This document shows, in pieces, positions 60,844 through 64,000 of a stretch of DNA of 64,000 bases. The translations under genes were made by a program, and so were the position numbers. Origin of the DNA: Mobula hypostoma (Eukaryota). The stretch is taken from the NCBI RefSeq assembly GCF_963921235.1, contig NC_086108.1, positions 97,590,001-97,654,000 on the forward strand, written 5' to 3'. The notes under the pieces were generated by a model that saw only the letters and a program-made list of their open reading frames with translations, was not told where the DNA came from and made no database searches. Positions within the stretch are counted from its first letter, which is position 1. Every line of letters begins with the position of its first letter.

Positions 60844-61395
60844 TTTTTCTTTCTCAATCTTGTTAATTAAGTTTCGAATTGATAAACATAACAATGATAA
60901 TGATACAAAGAGATCGGGATTACATTAATAACAGACTCTGAGTAACATATGTAATTTAACCCTCCCGATCTCTTAATAACTGAACATGAAAAAGATTCAA
61001 AAAATTTTGTACAAAGAAAACGTCCCCCTACGCTAAAAAAAACAAAACAAAAGCTGGGCTGCCATGTTTCATCGGTTAAAATCATTATTTGTCATTAACC
61101 TCACTCCTCTATACACAAACAAAAAGTTATTGTAAAGGATTCGGAAAAGATCAATTTACAACATATGAAAATGTTGAATAAATGGCCTCCAAGTTTCTTC
61201 AAATTTAACCGAAGGATCGATAGTACCACTCCTAATTTTTTCCAAGTTTAAACATGTTGTAGTTTGGGAAAACTATTGAAATGTAGTAGGGGGATTAGAA
61301 TCTTTCCATTTAAATAAAATGGATCTTCTGGCTATTAATGTAACAAATGCAATCCAACGGCAAGCTGCAGGGGATAAACAATTAGAGTCCATCAC
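60844..61395 (-). mobile_element. L1-clade LINE 3' fragment (ORF2 C-terminus and 3'UTR)
   Basis: Minus-strand translation WIAFVTLIARRSILFKWKDSNPP..LNLEKIR..KFEETWRPF resembles fish L1 C-termini; T-rich tail at 60844; flanking repeat GTGGGAACATCTC. Confidence 0.7.
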
Positions 61396-61829
61396 TGTGG
61401 GAACATCATGAGAGTGGGAACATCTCAATGGATGGGCAAGTGAGTGTAGTTATCCCCTTTTGCTCAAGAGCCCGATGGTTGTGGAGTAGTAACTGTTCGT
61501 GAACCTAGTCCATACAGTTTAGTCTAAATTAAAGCAAGATGAAGAAACGTCATTATTTTATTGAATGTAGTTTCTGAAACACCAGTGCAAAACAAGCATT
61601 AATCCAATAAACTGAAGTTTGGTTTAATTTAAAACTATTTGAAAAACTGTTCAGAAGCATTAAGTGAAGCTACCACTGGGTACTAATTTGCACTGTAACT
61701 TATTGCATTTTGTCACTAGAACAATTATTATTTGTGAGAAAGAATACAAAGAAATTATCATGTAGGTACTTCCTAGCAGTGATAATCTAACGTCATTGTG
61801 AGGCAGTGGTAGAACTAACTATATTGTTT

Positions 61830-62175
61830 CAAAATGCAAGAGATTCTGCAGATGCTGGAAATGCGGAGTAACACACACACAAAGTGCTGGAGGAACTCAG
61901 CATCTTTGGAAATGAACAAACAGTTGATATTTTGGGCCAAGACCCTTCATCAAGACTGGAAAGTAAGGGGAAAGATGACAGAATAAGAAAGGGGATAACG
62001 GAGTACAAGCTAGAAGGTAATAGGTGAAGCCAGGTGGGTGGGAGAGGGGGAAGTGAAGTGAGAAGCTGGGAGGTGATAAGTGGAAAATGTAGTAGGCTGA
62101 AGGAGGAATCTGATACAAGGGAGTGTCCCATGGTGGAAAGGGAAGGAGAAGGGGCACCAGGGAGGAGGTGATACA
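61830..62175. mobile_element. Penelope-type remnant with a purine-rich tract and a decayed hammerhead (minus strand, 61921-61958)
   Basis: GCAGATGCTGGAA..GCTGGAGGAACTCAGCA..GACCCTTCATCAAGACTG, then a GA-rich tract. Confidence 0.6.
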
Positions 62176-63664
62176 TTGTTTCAAGATTTCATTTTAGACA
62201 CGGATGTATAATGAATTCCAAAATGCTTATTTCCTGCTGTCTTGTATTTGGATTATGTTAATCTGTGTAAGTATCTGTAGTTTACGAATACGGCTGAAAA
62301 TTCCACATGATCCAATGCAAAATCCTTAATGTAGAACTGGGAATAATTCAGGCCTCAAAGGGTTTGTGTGGATGATTTTGTTATATTTATAAGCACACCC
62401 AATGAGAACGTCAAACACTCCCAAATCAGTTATCATAGCAGCCAAATGAATCCCAGCTCCACCCCCAACGTGCACAAATGCACACACACTCTTTTGATGT
62501 TGCCTCTCAGCCACAGTCTCGGAGATGCAAGAACACCATCCCAGCAGGGTTTCCCGTACTCCCAGCCCTCAGGGCTGGATTGCTGAATTTGTGCCAATTA
62601 GAGCCAAATTGGGGGTAGCTTTGCGCCGCAGAGCATCCCCAGTGGGACTTGGGTTGAACATGCCTAAACTAATTTCACTTAAGATCTTAGCAGCCATCAG
62701 AGAGGAGAGAATTTCAGCCCTTCTGTTGAGTTGGAATGGAACTTGGGGCGTCAGGTTTGCACAGTAACACACGGGGCCGTTGCATTCTTCTCATTATTCA
62801 GGAGAAATTACAATTATTGCTTTATTCATCATACCCAGAATGCTGTGGAGGAGCATTCCCATCATTGCTTCTTTAATAACTTATGTTAAAACAGAAGCCA
62901 GAAGCACCGACAGTCAGATTAACAGAGTACAGGCAAGCTCAAGAGAATGGAGCAGAGGTACCAGGTTCATGCATCATTCCTCAGCAAAATGAGAAAATCT
63001 CACTTTAAAAAAATCTATTTTGATCTGTGTTGCTATGGTAATAAGACCACAGTCTCCTCTACTGAGGCCTTGTTATCTGGAGCATTGGTGATTTGCTTTC
63101 CACTGGCCACAACTCATCTGTCAAACAGAGATCTCCGTTTTCTCTTTGAAACACGTAACCAGATAATATTAATCACGTCACAGAGACTTTTTCTGCTCTG
63201 TGGCCCGTTCAACTACCTTATTTAGACGTTAGCAGAAAGCAGCGAGCCTCTACTTGTAATGGAACAGATTGCCCCAAGGTACTGCTTGTTCCTAGTGGAA
63301 CAGTGCGAGGCAGGAGGACGACGATGCGGAGAAGCCATCATAGAAACCGGGGACCAGGAGTGGGGCATTTAGGCCCTTGAGCCTGTTCTGCTGTTCAATG
63401 TGATCATAGCTGATTCATGATCTACCTCTATACACCAGACTTTGTTGCACGTCCCTAAGTACCCATGTATAACAAAAATATCAACATTAGGTTTAACATT
63501 AATAATCCGCCCGGCAACAGTTGCCTTTTGTGGAAGAGAGTCGCACACTTTCTTGCAGAGATTTCCCACAACTTTCCAATTAAGTGCCTCACCCATTTAT
63601 CACCTCTTGATATCGAGATAACTTCAGTCAGATTATCTTCCACCTAGCTGCGGGAATACTACAC

Positions 63665-64000
63665 GTACCTACAGCAACATGCACAAAGTGCCGGAGGAAC
63701 TCGGCAGGTCGGGCGCTGTATATGGAGGGGAGTAAACAGTCTTCATTTCGGAGCAAGACCCTTCATCACGACTGGAAAGGAAGGAGAAGAAGCCACAGTA
63801 AGAAGGTGAGGGGAGGGGGAGGAGTCAAGCACAAAGGTGACAGGTGAGGCAAGGTGAGGAGGAAGATAAATGGGTCGGGGAGAAGGGAAGAAGTGAGAAG
63901 GTGGGAGGTCATAATGGTAGAGATAAAGGACTGAGAAAAAAAAGGAATCTGAGAGGAGAGGAGAGGACAATGGGAGAAAGGAAAGGAGGAGGGGAACCAG
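63665..64000. mobile_element. Penelope-type remnant with a purine-rich tract (runs off the window end)
   Basis: Same family as 61830-62175. Confidence 0.6.

Overview
Vertebrate, repeat-dense, non-coding window. It is most likely a cartilaginous fish (shark or ray), inferred only from the repeat repertoire: abundant CR1 LINEs with microsatellite tails, HE1-like V-SINEs and Penelope-type inverted repeats. I recognise no host protein-coding exon, and every recognisable ORF is transposon-derived. Main content: (1) several CR1 LINE families, including a near-full-length copy (51228-55328, minus; zinc-finger/coiled-coil/SGNH-esterase ORF1 plus a broken APE-RT ORF2); (2) a sibling of that copy (36842-42811) split by a young CR1 of another family (39086-41981) whose ORF2 carries a single nonsense codon; (3) six co-oriented non-autonomous Tc1 elements, small hAT MITEs, RTE-derived non-autonomous elements and SINEs, an L1 3' fragment and minisatellites; (4) several repeat-free islands that may be conserved non-coding elements. 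The most interesting signals are RNA-level. There is a nearly complete HDV-like ribozyme fold with an unusual L3 hairpin at the 5' end of an RTE-derived element (59717-59903), a degenerate fold of the same design at 12181-12352, and a minimal hammerhead with an intact core in a Penelope-type inverted repeat (44283-44320). There is also a correctly phased U_UUA_AAC/U slippery heptamer at the ORF1/ORF2 junction of two CR1 copies, predicting -1 ribosomal frameshifting into an ORF2 that has no upstream AUG. Boundaries of old repeats are approximate, and family names come from recalled motifs, not database searches.
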